64,000 bases of DNA from Phoronis australis (Eukaryota; Animalia; Phoronida): positions 829,740-893,739 of the forward strand of contig NMRA01000017.1 in NCBI GenBank assembly GCA_002633005.1, written 5' to 3'. The translations under genes and the position numbers were made by a program. This document shows, one piece after another, positions 52,114 to 64,000 of the stretch. The first letter of the stretch is position 1. Each line of letters opens with the position of its first letter. Below the pieces are notes generated by a model, which ran no database searches, was not told the origin of the DNA, and saw nothing but the letters and a program-made list of their open reading frames with translations.

Positions 52114-55100
52114 CTCGCATACAAAGTTTTATGGTACCGATGATCTTCATCAAGTCATATAATTTGGAATGAGAATTTGGATTGATAAGGGTAGTGTAAA
52201 TTATCTATGATGTGAACAACGATAGTACATGACATCCAAGGTATTTAGAAGTGGGTTTGAGTGAGAGATCAATAAAGAGCAACAAAAATAGCATCCTAAA
52301 TAATGTTTAGCAGTACCGTGGATCATTACACTGCATGGTGTAATTTGCCTGCAATAAAGCAGTTAAGTTAGCTTGGATATGCAACAATAATGTATGAAGG
52401 CATTCACTTAGTTTTGGGGGCTAAAGTGACAGTTGGCCATTTAAGAGAACAAAGTTTGTGTTGCTTTACATGTTAATAAGCTTATTATAAGTTATTGTAC
52501 ATTTCAATTATGATGACAAATACAATGTCGAGAACAAAAAGTATGTGCGATTCGAGAGTCTTTCACTGCTCTCTGATAATAATGCTCAAATCTAGTGTGA
52601 GGGTGGAAGTGTCTCGTGTTCTGAAAAACGTAATATCTTCATTACATTGCGTGTAAATTTTGTGACAAGTTGTTGCAGTCATTGCGTAGTGGTGCGTAAG
52701 AAGGTGATTTTGTAAATTTTTACTTGTTGTGCACTGTAAATAACGGAGACGTGGAGTAATATGTTGACAAACCTTTGAGAATTAAATGCTAAGAAAATAC
52801 CATTGGTTTTTAATATAATGGTTTATACTTCGTAACTTAATGTGTAAAGTAGCAATGGTGATAGTCTTAAGGAGTGGATATTGTAAAATTTTCCAGAATT
52901 GTTTAATCGGAAAACTTTCAATGATGGCCAATGATCATTTAATTGTAAAGGTAAAAACAGTTACAAGTAATATTACCTCAGGTCACTTCAAAGTTTGGTT
53001 TCTGCTCAAGGATGCAAAGTGTACATATAATCTCCTTGTAGAGTTTCAACTCCAGACCAAAGCAGTTTCCAAGATCATATAACCTACTGTTTAGAAGCAT
53101 TCTGGTGATATTTTGTTTCAACTTGCAAGTCATAACTAAATTAATGTGCCCTGGTTACGAAAGCCCAGTGGAACTACTTTCATCAACAGGTAGTTTTAAA
53201 CTAAATTGCCTTTGTCTAATATTTATGGTAGTTTTTTGCTAATAAAACCAAACAACTATTCCAACATAAATTTTTATAGAAATTGAATTTCAGAAGTCAA
53301 ACGGATAAAAAAATCACCCGTTTTAGTCCACCAAAGTTTAAAAAATTCTTTCAGCCAGTATTTTATTGCCCTGATATCTTCTCCAATGTGGCAATTGCCC
53401 TGCTCCTCACAAAACAAGCTTGATCAGTAGTCCTAACATCAAGGGATTCAGTCAACTTTGATCTGTGTACAAATGTTTTTTCTGCCAAGTTTCTTAAAGT
53501 TTATTCCATTTTGTGCACGCACAGTCTGGGTTATGCCATCTTCCTCGTCTACTGGATTCGGTGTTGTAACTTCAAACCCCCTGGATGAGCATTCATGAAA
53601 TTTTGCAGACGTGTTACAATCGTAGATTGGGCAGTACAAGCGAATTTTTGGACATGTCCAAGTACCGTGTGTTCCCTGGTGGCAACTTTACTTTTTACCA
53701 TTGCCTTTGTCTTTGCAGTTCCTCAACAGATTTCCGTGAAATTTGGCAAACGGGTATCTATTTAAGAAATGCTGCCTTATCATGTTCAGAATGTATTTGA
53801 CCTATTCTGTACCACCTCAAGGACGAGTATGGAAATTGGTGTATATCTTCTGCTGAGAAGAGGATTTTTGGACACCTCAGACTACTGTAGTGCCACTGTA
53901 TTTCACGAACCCCGTGCAAGAACTTCGTTAAATTTGACAAGTATATTTCTAAGAAAGTGGCAACGGATGGTGTTCAATATGCCCCCTATTGACAATTTTA
54001 TTTTTTATGACTGTCTTCGTAGTTTCTTGTCGGATTTCGCAAATAGGTTTCTCATAAAGGCGGGATGGCATGTTCCCATTTTCGGACAGATGATGTGCAT
54101 TATGCACCACCTAATGGTCATTTTTGTTATTTTCGGTTCTGCTTTTCGTCTTCTTTCTCATTACCCAACAAACCACTATAAGGATCATTGTGAATGTCTT
54201 CTTACTGTAAAGAGCTGACAATAATTTTCAGTTGATTCCGACTACTGTACCACAGTAGCAGTTTTGTTTTGTTTCTCATCTGTAGCGATATACGTTGAAC
54301 CTCTTGCTAAATTTGACTGAACGTGGCAACAGATGGTGACTTTCGCACAGATGCGATTACCATTGTGCCCCAAAGTGACAATTTAATTTTTTTACGTTTT
54401 CCTCCGTTCAGAGTTCTTGATGGATTTTCATGAAACATGGCACTTAGGTCTTGGTCATATCGTGCCCACGACATTTTTCTCAGATCAGTCAATAGCCATC
54501 TGTGATTTTGACGCAGACATGGGTTCTCCAACTATTATTCAGATGAACAACGAGCTATACCAAAGTTCTTATGACTGACTATATTATGACATAATTCAAC
54601 AAGAAAATTTATCCACCAGCTGTCAATCACAAAAGTATACATTTCTCATTAGAGCAACAGACAAAAAATCTTATAAATAAACAATTAGGTAAGAGGGTTA
54701 AGCTCGTCCTACACAGGCACTAACCTAACAATATTATGCAAAAATTTTCACTTATTAACACATTAGGGAAATTGTTTACAATCAACAAAAACGTGCTACT
54801 TAAAAGCATATTAAAACACCATTGACACCTGCTTGGGTGCTGAATCTATAAATCTGAAATCGGACTAGGTCGGATTTAAAAGATAACCAATTAACACAAG
54901 ATGCACAATTGGCACACTAATTTGCACCAGTTTACCGGAACAGTGCCATGTAATTTATCAAATTTCAAGTCAGACTTAGGGTACAAAGAACACACCGTCA
55001 GGCCATGGCAGAGTCTTGAACTGCTTTTCATTGACTAACTACACTACAACTAAAACACCAATAGATGGCACCATTGCATGCCTACAACTTGTAGAGCTTG

Positions 55101-56742
55101 AAAAGCTTGTACTTTTTCTTGAAAATACAGGGCAACTAAGAAACTTCTTTTACAATGAGGAAGACTTTTTGAGTGTTACATGCAATAATGAACCGTGTAG
55201 AAATCAGGTCACCTGCACTGCCTTGTCTTTGCTAATGAAAGTCGCATTTTTCCCTAATGTATTTAGCTGGCTAAAACTCTAATTGGGCCTTTAACTCTCA
55301 TAAAACCAGTCTTAAAATTCCCATTACAATGTAAGGTTTAATTTGTTTTCTGTTACCAACAACACAAAATCTTCAACAGGTCAAAAAACTAGGCAGAAAA
55401 TTGTTGAATTAGGTCCAGTTGCCCAACCTTGAAATTCAAAAATGGCCCGCAGGGACTTCTATTCAAAAGTAAGTCACATCCTGCGACACAACCATGGCTA
55501 TTTCATGCAAGATCACCAGTTGGTTGAGGCTCTTCAGTTAAGAATGTGATGGCTACGCAAAGGGAAATTAAGCAGAGGTCAAAATCTTTTGGAAGTATTT
55601 AAAACAAAACAATACTGAGTTATCCTCATTGGCTATCAAAAGGTTGTAACAAGTTCGATAACACATTGCAGTCAGCTAAACAGCAAGGGTTGGGTAATCC
55701 ACAACGGCTATGGGGAAAGAACACCCGCCTCATACCATATGAACCACTGAGTGACACAGTGAGGAAGACGTAATGGTTTCACCTCTCAGTTTTAGCTAAA
55801 ATTGCCAGGCAGGAACAGGCGTTAAGGACCTTCTCCATACACGTAAAACAAAATAAAAGACAACCTTTTAAATTAATATCACATACTTAAAAACATTATG
55901 ACGGAAAAGAATAGTCCGACCTATAAAATCCCACAGTTATTGTCTATTACTTAAACCGAGTGAACATTAACTTTTGTTTTCCCTAACATGATCTACTATG
56001 CAATAATAACTACATAATTCAAAACACTAAGTTGCACTGACGCAAGCATTTTTCTAACATTGTAACACAAATATTTTTGGAACACAAAACTGTGCGTGGC
56101 CACAAATAGCTGCCTATCCACCTACCTATCAACCGACACATCCCACAGGAGAGATGGCAGGGTGAGGGAAATGAGACATTAATTTCAAACCTGCATTCCA
56201 CCCTGTTTAGCGTGCCAAAAAACAAATGACAATTTAGGCCTTTTACACTCATAAAATCAGTCTTGCAATATTCCTTCCATGACGGGATTCTATTTTCGTT
56301 ACCAACAACTAGAGAACACAACTATTTCAGAAGAACAAGGAAATCTCAGATGCGCAAAAGTGTCCGAGAATTTATATACACAAGACTGCTCGTTACTAAA
56401 GATAATTTCTATTAAATTATTTCTAGAATACGATGCACTCATCATAACTTGGATAAACCAGCAATTGTGAAGTTGCAGTGTATGACCAAATTTCGGTCTT
56501 AAAATCACTTTCATGAAGATAGAATCACGTAAGAATATGAACATAGAAAAATGAATTCACACACAAATGACAAAAACATGTTTAACTTAATAAATCAGTG
56601 TTAAAACCAATAACTTAAGACATAATTGCCTGGTCATGGATGTTAACGTTCAAATGCAACCACTAGTGTTCAAGAGCATTAGACCTTCTGACCTCTTTGT
56701 ACTTCTGTGGTCATGTGACCAATATTTCTGTGGTCATGTTAC

Positions 56743-59700
56743 CTAGTAACCACCATAGACAACGTTTGACTTATGACTCTGACTGTGACTGCTAAGTAAC
56801 GCTTCACTTGCACTTGTATTTTTGCGCTCCTCAGCTCGTCTGTAGCACTTTCTCAGGTTCCAGCCGGAGATGATTACCAGAAGGACAAAGGCTAAAGCAA
56901 CACAAATACCATCCGATTGTTATTATGCAGGAAAATATAATCACTGTTAACCAAAAACTACCAAAACTTCCCGAGCAATATTGAGCTTACTCTCTAAATT
57001 TAGCACCACATTAAAGGTCTTTTCTGACCTGGTGGCTCATACATAAGTTATAGTATTCCATCAAATAATAGCAATAGAATAATAAAATACATATAGTCCA
57101 TTATGTTGAATTATTTGTTGAAGAGCTGACCATACATTGAAAGGAGTATGAACCTGTTGAACAACAGCGTTTGAACTAGTTATCGAAAACCGAAACACCG
57201 TATATGTTTTTCTGTAATTACAGAAAGTATCCTTCAGAACTGAAATCCCAAAAATCTACGGTGTTTGCCATTTTGAACTTCGTAACACTCAGTGTTTTGT
57301 TTAATGAAATGCACTTGCCTAGTAACCAATGTTCCATTAACAAAATTTTGATAACTTATCATCATGATCATGTACAAACTGGCAGAACACAATGTCATGC
57401 AAAAAAATAACGAATGGCCTACACCCACAGAAATAGCCTATAATAATTATACAAATAAAAGGCCATGCTTAGGGCTGTTCCAGCAAAATCTGTGTGGGAG
57501 GGGGGAAGGCAACTGAAATAAAAATTTATGGGTGGTTGCGTTTGATTTAAATTCAAAATGGCTGGTGGCCGTACTTCAAAAAAATAAAAATTTACAGGTC
57601 GTTGTTGTTTCATTGGACCATAAATGTTTGATGGTGGGTAATTTTAGTAAATTTTATAAACAATCTGCACAGAATCAAAAACTGAAACAAAAATGCAACT
57701 TGCAAAAATCTCCGACTTTTTCACTCCCTCCGATCTCCTCATCGGCATGCCCATAACACCATTTAACCACAGGTGCTCGAATTTCTTGATGGCTAATAAC
57801 AATATATAAGAAACATATGTTTTCTTAGTAATGAATGACGTTAGTGGCGATGGAGGAACAGATAAACTCAAGCGCCTGTGCAGTCAACCACAAGAACAAA
57901 AAAAAATTATGGGTGGTTGCATTTCAAACTTATAAAAAATTACGGGTGGTAGGCTGAAGAAATAAATGAAAATATGGGTGGTGGGTGCGAAAAAAAGGTG
58001 CCTTCCCCCCTCCCATACAGATTTTACTGGAACAGCCCTTATATCTTCGGGTTTGCTGTCCGAGACTGGCAAGATGTCACTGTACTCTGACTAACTTACC
58101 AAATGAACAACCTCCAACAAGAACATAGAACACAGTAGTGTAGACACAGTGGTTCCTGATGACAGGGCTGATCTCAGTGAACGTGGGGCAATTAGACGGC
58201 CACATGGATCCCTTGGCACAGATCTGAGAACGTGGGCATGGGATGGGCGCCTTGTTAGGACTCTGAGGGAGAAGGGGTGAAAGGAAGCTAAGTAATACAA
58301 CATTACTGTAGCAATCACTACTTACCATACACCTAGCCAATATGTCAGCTCAAACAGAATGAAGATGCATTGAAAAAATGTTCACACAGGTTCTGTGAAA
58401 TGGACATAAATCAGACGAAATTTCCGATGTGAGGACAAAATACTTATTAAATGCGCTAGTACTAACAAAATCCAATTTCCTCACACTTGATCATATTTCG
58501 TTCTTTTCACCTCTTTGTAGCAAAGACGAAGTTCAGTTAAGGTGGCATACGACTTAAGTCGTCTGCCACCTTACGCTCACAGATTTTGACCTTATGATGT
58601 CATGTTATAACTACCGGTATTAGCAAACCAAATGATGCCAAAGACTTAAAAAGTGAAATTAAAAGTATACCTAGTCATCTGCACTAGGTGAAAAATGCAA
58701 TTAGTGGAGTGACAAGCAAAAAGTAAAACGTTGAATCAATTGAATAAACACACTTTTGAAGGACTAGATTTCCATTTAGTTAAATCATGTATAATTTCTG
58801 CAGACAAATTTGTTTGTGTGATTGACACACTTTTGAAGGACTAGATTTCCATTTAGTTAAATCATGTATAATTTCTGCAGACAAATTTGTTTGTGTGATT
58901 GCAATTTGAATGTGTATGGGTCAATACTTAATGTGCAAAGCAGGTGCAGCATGCACAACACTAAATCCTACACTTTCAATGTAAAGATTATTTTACAACC
59001 CTCGTCAGATTCATGATTGGTTTACTAACGACACTTAAAGCCTGTATGATTCATGTTACATCATGCTGCAAACATAAAAAAATCTTTCTGGCTCTTCCTA
59101 ACATTGTACTGCAGCTCAGGTCACAAATTTTTGTCTGACCGGTTGTCTGGCAGACTCCGACCAGACGAGCACGGGCCTGCAAGTTGTTGTTAGCTTGGTT
59201 TGTTTCTACTATGGTCATCATTTTCAACTGTTAAAAACAAATTTATCTATGTGTTTTGTTTATAACTGGGCGTTATAATATCATTCATTAAGGTTCACAA
59301 GTAATTCCTTGTGAATAGTAGATGGGCTTAACAAACTGCAAGAAATTTACGATGTTTGTGGTTGAAGTATTCAAGACTTCTATAAAGATGTTCAAAATTA
59401 GTCCTTACAACAGTAAAAGCTTACCACTTATGGAGAAAAATATTCACCAAAATTTTCTATATTGATTTTCAAACTTACAACATTGTAGTGAATGGTTACC
59501 ATTTCACAAAACATCCATTTGTCTTGTGATAGGTTAAGTATTAGAAAATGAAATTAAAACTGAAAGAAAAATGTGTATACTTGGTGTAAGTAATCTATGA
59601 AAATGAGAAAATAGAATTTTCCAATTGTCCACCACATCAAGTCGTACATTGGTGAGATTTCATTGTTCTCCAAACAATTCAGTTAAAATTGAAAGGGACT

Positions 59701-62324
59701 TACAGGACAATATTTCCCCTCAGGGCACTCTAAGCATCGACTTTGCCCCTTATTTATCTGGTAGTAGCCATTTTTACATGGCTTACACATGACAGGTTTA
59801 ACAGAGTCTTTGTAATATCCTCTGGGGCAAGGTGTGCAGTTGGCCATCCCAGGGGATTTTGCTTCTTCACCAATTCCACATGGAGGGCACTCGATACAGC
59901 CGCTGATGCTGAAATCACAAATTAAGTAAAAAAGTGACCGTCTTCAAAACATTGCCTGCAATTATATACCTACTAACACATAACCCAATTTTGCTTGAAG
60001 TAATGACTTTTAACCATTAGCAATTCAAATAGTGATACAATACAAAATCATCACTTTCTTAAAGTGGTTATAACCCATCTTTCGTCACAAAAAACAACTT
60101 TTGATTGAGACCATTGAAAACATTTAATGGTCTCAAAAAGTCAATAATAAGAGTGATCTTTGGGCTTGGAAAGAACAATAGGACACCTCGTTCTGGAACT
60201 ACAAGTTGTCAAGGTGGGTCACTTTACATGCTAAACATGGTCTAGAGCAATAACAAACAGTTCTTTGCAAAGTTAACAAGAGCACCACTGACAAAGCATT
60301 GATATGCAACCATGACTGTGCAACAGATCTGGGCCACTATCAAGGAACTTCGAAAAACACAACATTGCAACCAGGCGGCACAGCTGTCATCAGATAAGTC
60401 TAAAACTCTGAAGTTGGCGATTTGTGACCTTGACCTTGTGGCTAAATGTGACATTGCTGTAAATGCGTGTCAAGAGTACCAGAGTTTACATACCTGCAAT
60501 GTGATCCAATGCTACACGGTTCACACTTGGTCTGGTCACTGCTAACGTGACTGCCTTCTTTACAAATTGTGCATGTACTCACGTTGACCCTTACGTAACC
60601 TTATGAAGAAACAGAAAAGTTAATTGATTAAATAACGAATCGGAAAGATTATGCTAATAGAGCTGTTCTCACTAAACTTGCTTTGATCACGATGTTAACC
60701 CCAAAACGTCCAATCATAGACAGACCAAGACTGAATGATACATATTCGTTGCTGCATGCCCAAGAGTAGCCACAGTTTTTGCAATAGCCGTTCAGCAGAG
60801 TTTAACTCCAAACAATGATTTCATCATTTTTTACATCAAATTGTGATACACCTGTTGCAACATACAACTGGGCTCACCTGGAAGACAGCTGCAGTTTCTT
60901 TGGCCCCGTTTGCTACAAAAGATGAATAATAATAAGAAATTAAATTCAAAAAGACAAACATCTCTCCCAGTCTAGCATCACCATGTTAATCATCATTGAG
61001 TATTTTAAGTACAGTTCACCGTCATACAACACAGTCTTGATATCGTTAAGGACGAATGTCTCGTTGAGTCTAATGGGATTGATGACATGATCGCTAACGA
61101 TTACTCTGTTGAAGAGGAGACAACTTTTCGCACCAAAGCGAAGTTGCACAACTCCGCATTTTAAACCACCAACTTTGAGAGGAGTTGCGATTGCTAATTA
61201 AGTGCTTGAGTTACACTTTCCATAGACCAGTACTCCGCAAAAGGGGTGTTGATGGGAAGGTGACATCAAAATAATCAGAACCCTGTGACAGCAGTAATAG
61301 CTATCTTCCAACCTCAGGAATGACAAGTTACTATAAAGCTAAGATTTTGCGAAAATAAAGAAGCATTACGTGTCCATTTTTGCTGTAAATGTTACTCACA
61401 GTAATAGTATGTACCGTTAACCATATAGCAGAGCATTTTTAACAATAGATGGCACTGATGAGGCCTAAGAATTATTAACAATTTGGCAACAATAACACCA
61501 ACACCAGAAGTAATAGCAACAACAGTGACTTCATTGTTAATTCTTGGAGACAGCCAAGCCAAAACTTACTTGAGCACCGTTCCAAGGCCACATTTATCAC
61601 AGGTAGTCTGTCCAGCACGAGACTGGTATGTACCTGGGTAAAGACAATCGTATCAAGATAAGAACAAAACATTGATCACAAAGTATATTCAATTGAAAAA
61701 TTGTCGTGTTTCTGTGACTGTAAAAACACACACGCCCAGTGATTTGCAGTGAAAAGGATTGGTAACATTCATATGGAGCCTTTTTCACAGTGACTATATC
61801 TGTGAGCACACTCAGGCTTTCATAATTTCTCAATATTTTCTTAACCCAGGTCACAAACACAACTACACCTTTACAAGGCACCCTGATTGCAGGTAATGGT
61901 TAGTGTGATAATCATTATTATTACAATTATATCCACTCAATCCAAACAAAGTGTTATGCCCCTGATGTCAACTTTCCAAACATGTAAAGTACAAGCTGAC
62001 ACGAGGACGAAATACCCTTTCCCACTATAGCAGCTTATTGCTTTCTGAGTAAAAATGTCATGGCTCGTCACTTGAAATTACAAATTATTCTAACGGCGTT
62101 TCCATCTTGTTAATTATCCTCATGATTTTTTGGCCATTCACCAATCATGACAAGGAATTACTAAATTTCATCTCGTAACTTTTAACATGTCTAGGGTGTC
62201 ACTTTGTGTTACCCACCACGATGTTTATCTCTTACCAGGGGAGCAAGGAGAGCAGTTTACTGTCCCTGTTGTATTTGAGATGCTGCCTGGTTCACAGAGT
62301 GAGCAGGAGACACAACCAGTTACA
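56743..62324 (-). CDS. GCC2/GCC3 (ephrin-receptor-like) cysteine-repeat type I membrane protein, 3' portion (5' exons not identified, probably beyond the window)
   Basis: Exons 62324-62236, 61633-61570, 60912-60878, 60599-60494, 59908-59704, 58262-58100, 56891-56743; all GT-AG with consistent phases. Translation includes CSPCSPGTYQSRAGQTTCDKCGLG, CTPCPRGYYKD..CKPCKNGYYQINKGQSRCLECPEGKYCP, TM VFYVLVGGCSFAFVLLVIISGW and tail ...SEALLSS...VVYGGY*. Confidence 0.85.
57472..58038. mobile_element. PIF/Harbinger-type MITE, copy 2 (TTA TSD), in the last intron of the cysteine-repeat gene
   Basis: Same TIRs and body as 16256-16814, flanked by TTA on both sides. Confidence 0.9.
58748..58901. repeat. 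Perfect 77-bp tandem duplication
   Basis: acacacttttgaagg...tttgtgtgattg occurs twice head-to-tail (58748-58824, 58825-58901). Confidence 0.9.
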
Positions 62325-64000
62325 CTGAAAAGGAACACAGAACAGCCATATGACAGCATTCAGTAATATGTCAATTTCTTACTGTGAAGCCAAATTTTTC
62401 ATAACTCGTAGCCAGTACAGCAGGTTTTGGCCTCACATTATGGGATACAACTTGAAACTAAGGTCTTTCCTGAAGCTTCATGGAGACCCTTTGTCTTCTA
62501 TCTTTCAGTGAGTTAGCGTTCCAAATTATACAGGTAACTGCATGACAGTGTTTTCCTGTTCAGTGACTTTAAGAGATGTAGGGGGTTTTGAGTGTGTGAT
62601 AACATCTAGCTTCTTTGTTAACTGCCAAGCACATTCTTTTGCCTGTTATGACAACGAGTAGGCCAATTATCTACCAGGCTTATTACAGACCAGGCATGAA
62701 CACAGTCAAACTCAGAGTGAATTGGTGTATTCCGAAAGAATAGAGTGTCGTAACTTCAGTTGCAGTTGGGCAAATTTGGCGATTCAAAAACTAAACATGA
62801 TCACCATTTGACAAACATTTCAGAAATGCTATATAATTGGTTTATGTTCAAGAATGTTATAACTTAACTTTTATTTTTAACAGCACAGCCCAGTCAGGGT
62901 AGATAGGATCTTATTGGAGATTAGAGCAATTATCGGACAAAAGAGAGCTGGCCCTCAAACCATAAATGCCAGACTGGAGTTAATCAGTCGTGTAAGATAT
63001 TGGATACAGGGGTAAACTTCCCAACTTGTTGCTGGGCTATAGAATCGAACAAGTTGGGAGCAACGAGAAAACACCATAATGGAGAGTCCAATGTAGCTGG
63101 GTAATTACCTCAATGTGAGAATTCACCCCAGCTAACTTGATGTATATCAATTTGAAGTTCACAATTTTGGTTTGACCTAATTAGCCCTGTGTGGGAATTT
63201 ACTCAATACTTAGGCAAAGCGGACAAGTACACAGTTAAGGGAACAGTTGGGATATCATGTGACTTAGATAATGACAACAACATTCAGTAATAACAACACA
63301 AATATAAAAAAGTTAGAGCACATTAACGACTATTCCAGTTAAACCAAGTCACTTCCAACTTCAATGACATTATATATAGTTGAGTTAGAGGGTGAAGTTT
63401 CATCACCAAAAATCTGTTACATTAAAGCCAATTAACAATAACATGCTGAGCCAATGAGGAATTTCATCTTGTATATCAACAAGAAGTACAGAGCGACATG
63501 TCAGGATTTAGCAAACAAAAGGAATGTCAAGGAAATTTTGGTACACTACAAATCATTGCTAGTATTAATTGCTTCACTATATTTGGAACATCAAATGAAT
63601 TTTATGAAGTTTCATTCCAAAAATCATTCTTGAAGATATCAAGTGTCACTGGCCTCCTAAGTTTTTGGAAACAATTTTAGTATGCATAAGGTCCTAAAAG
63701 GACATTTGGGTTATTTTCAAATGTCATTGACAAAACAAATAGAAGAGTGTAATTCACAAACTGCCCAGACATAGGGGTTTGTGCTTCACGCCGTTTAGGT
63801 CTATAACTCTTTCGCTACTGATAAAAATATCCAGATACATAGATAGTGACTGAGGTAAGAACAGGTCACACTGTAGTGACCAGTAGAAACTGCAGACTGA
63901 AGTGAACTTTGCCTTGAGTGATATAATCCTTTATATAACTGATTCAGAAAAGGAGTATATGACACAAAGTTAGTTACTGGTCTGGCGACTTTTTAAAATT

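Noticed and set aside
53414-54560. ORF 53769..54218 (149 aa) and neighbours as a gene
   Set aside because: No recognisable domain or splice pattern; recurring aaatttcatgaa-like motifs suggest an interspersed repeat whose ends I could not define.
19060-61480. Hammerhead ribozyme cores at ctgatga sites (19063, 39645, 46117, 61455)
   Set aside because: No properly spaced GAAA with supporting stems was seen by eye; an Infernal search would be needed to exclude them fully.
62330-64000. Further 5' exons of the cysteine-repeat gene
   Set aside because: I found no convincing Cys-rich exon with a phase-2 donor; they probably lie beyond the window.
1-64000. Most 60-110 aa ORFs in the track; prokaryotic operon or defence-system reading
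   Set aside because: Many start at TTG/GTG, overlap real exons on the opposite strand or lie in introns and repeats; spliced gene structure shows the DNA is eukaryotic.

Overview
AT-rich, intron-rich eukaryotic DNA, most likely from an invertebrate animal, with three N positions (7604, 27838, 31323). The ORF track is misleading here because nearly all real coding sequence is spliced. By following GT-AG sites and reading-frame phases by hand I rebuilt five genes. Two are tandem, diverged 2-exon rolling stone-like membrane-protein genes (minus strand, inside an old ~8 kb duplication). One is a 4-exon, ~871-aa type II membrane glycosyltransferase fusing a B4GALNT1/2-like (GT12) domain to a chondroitin/B4GALNT3/4-like (GT7) domain, with a possible cystatin-fold tail; its 3' part reappears after an N, probably as an uncollapsed second haplotype. 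One is a complete 12-exon retinol saturase (RETSAT, ~631 aa). The last is the 3' seven exons of a GCC2/GCC3 cysteine-repeat type I membrane protein (minus strand). Introns and intergenic DNA hold LINE remnants, Harbinger-type MITEs (one polymorphic between haplotype copies), tRNA-derived SINE heads, an internally deleted BEL/Pao LTR element and a 21-bp minisatellite. They also hold a complete 537-bp TRIM with tRNA-like Pol III boxes in its LTRs, a tRNA-Ser PBS and a 4-bp TSD. The best leads are the two-domain glycosyltransferase and the tRNA-LTR TRIM. Family calls come from motif recognition, not database searches.
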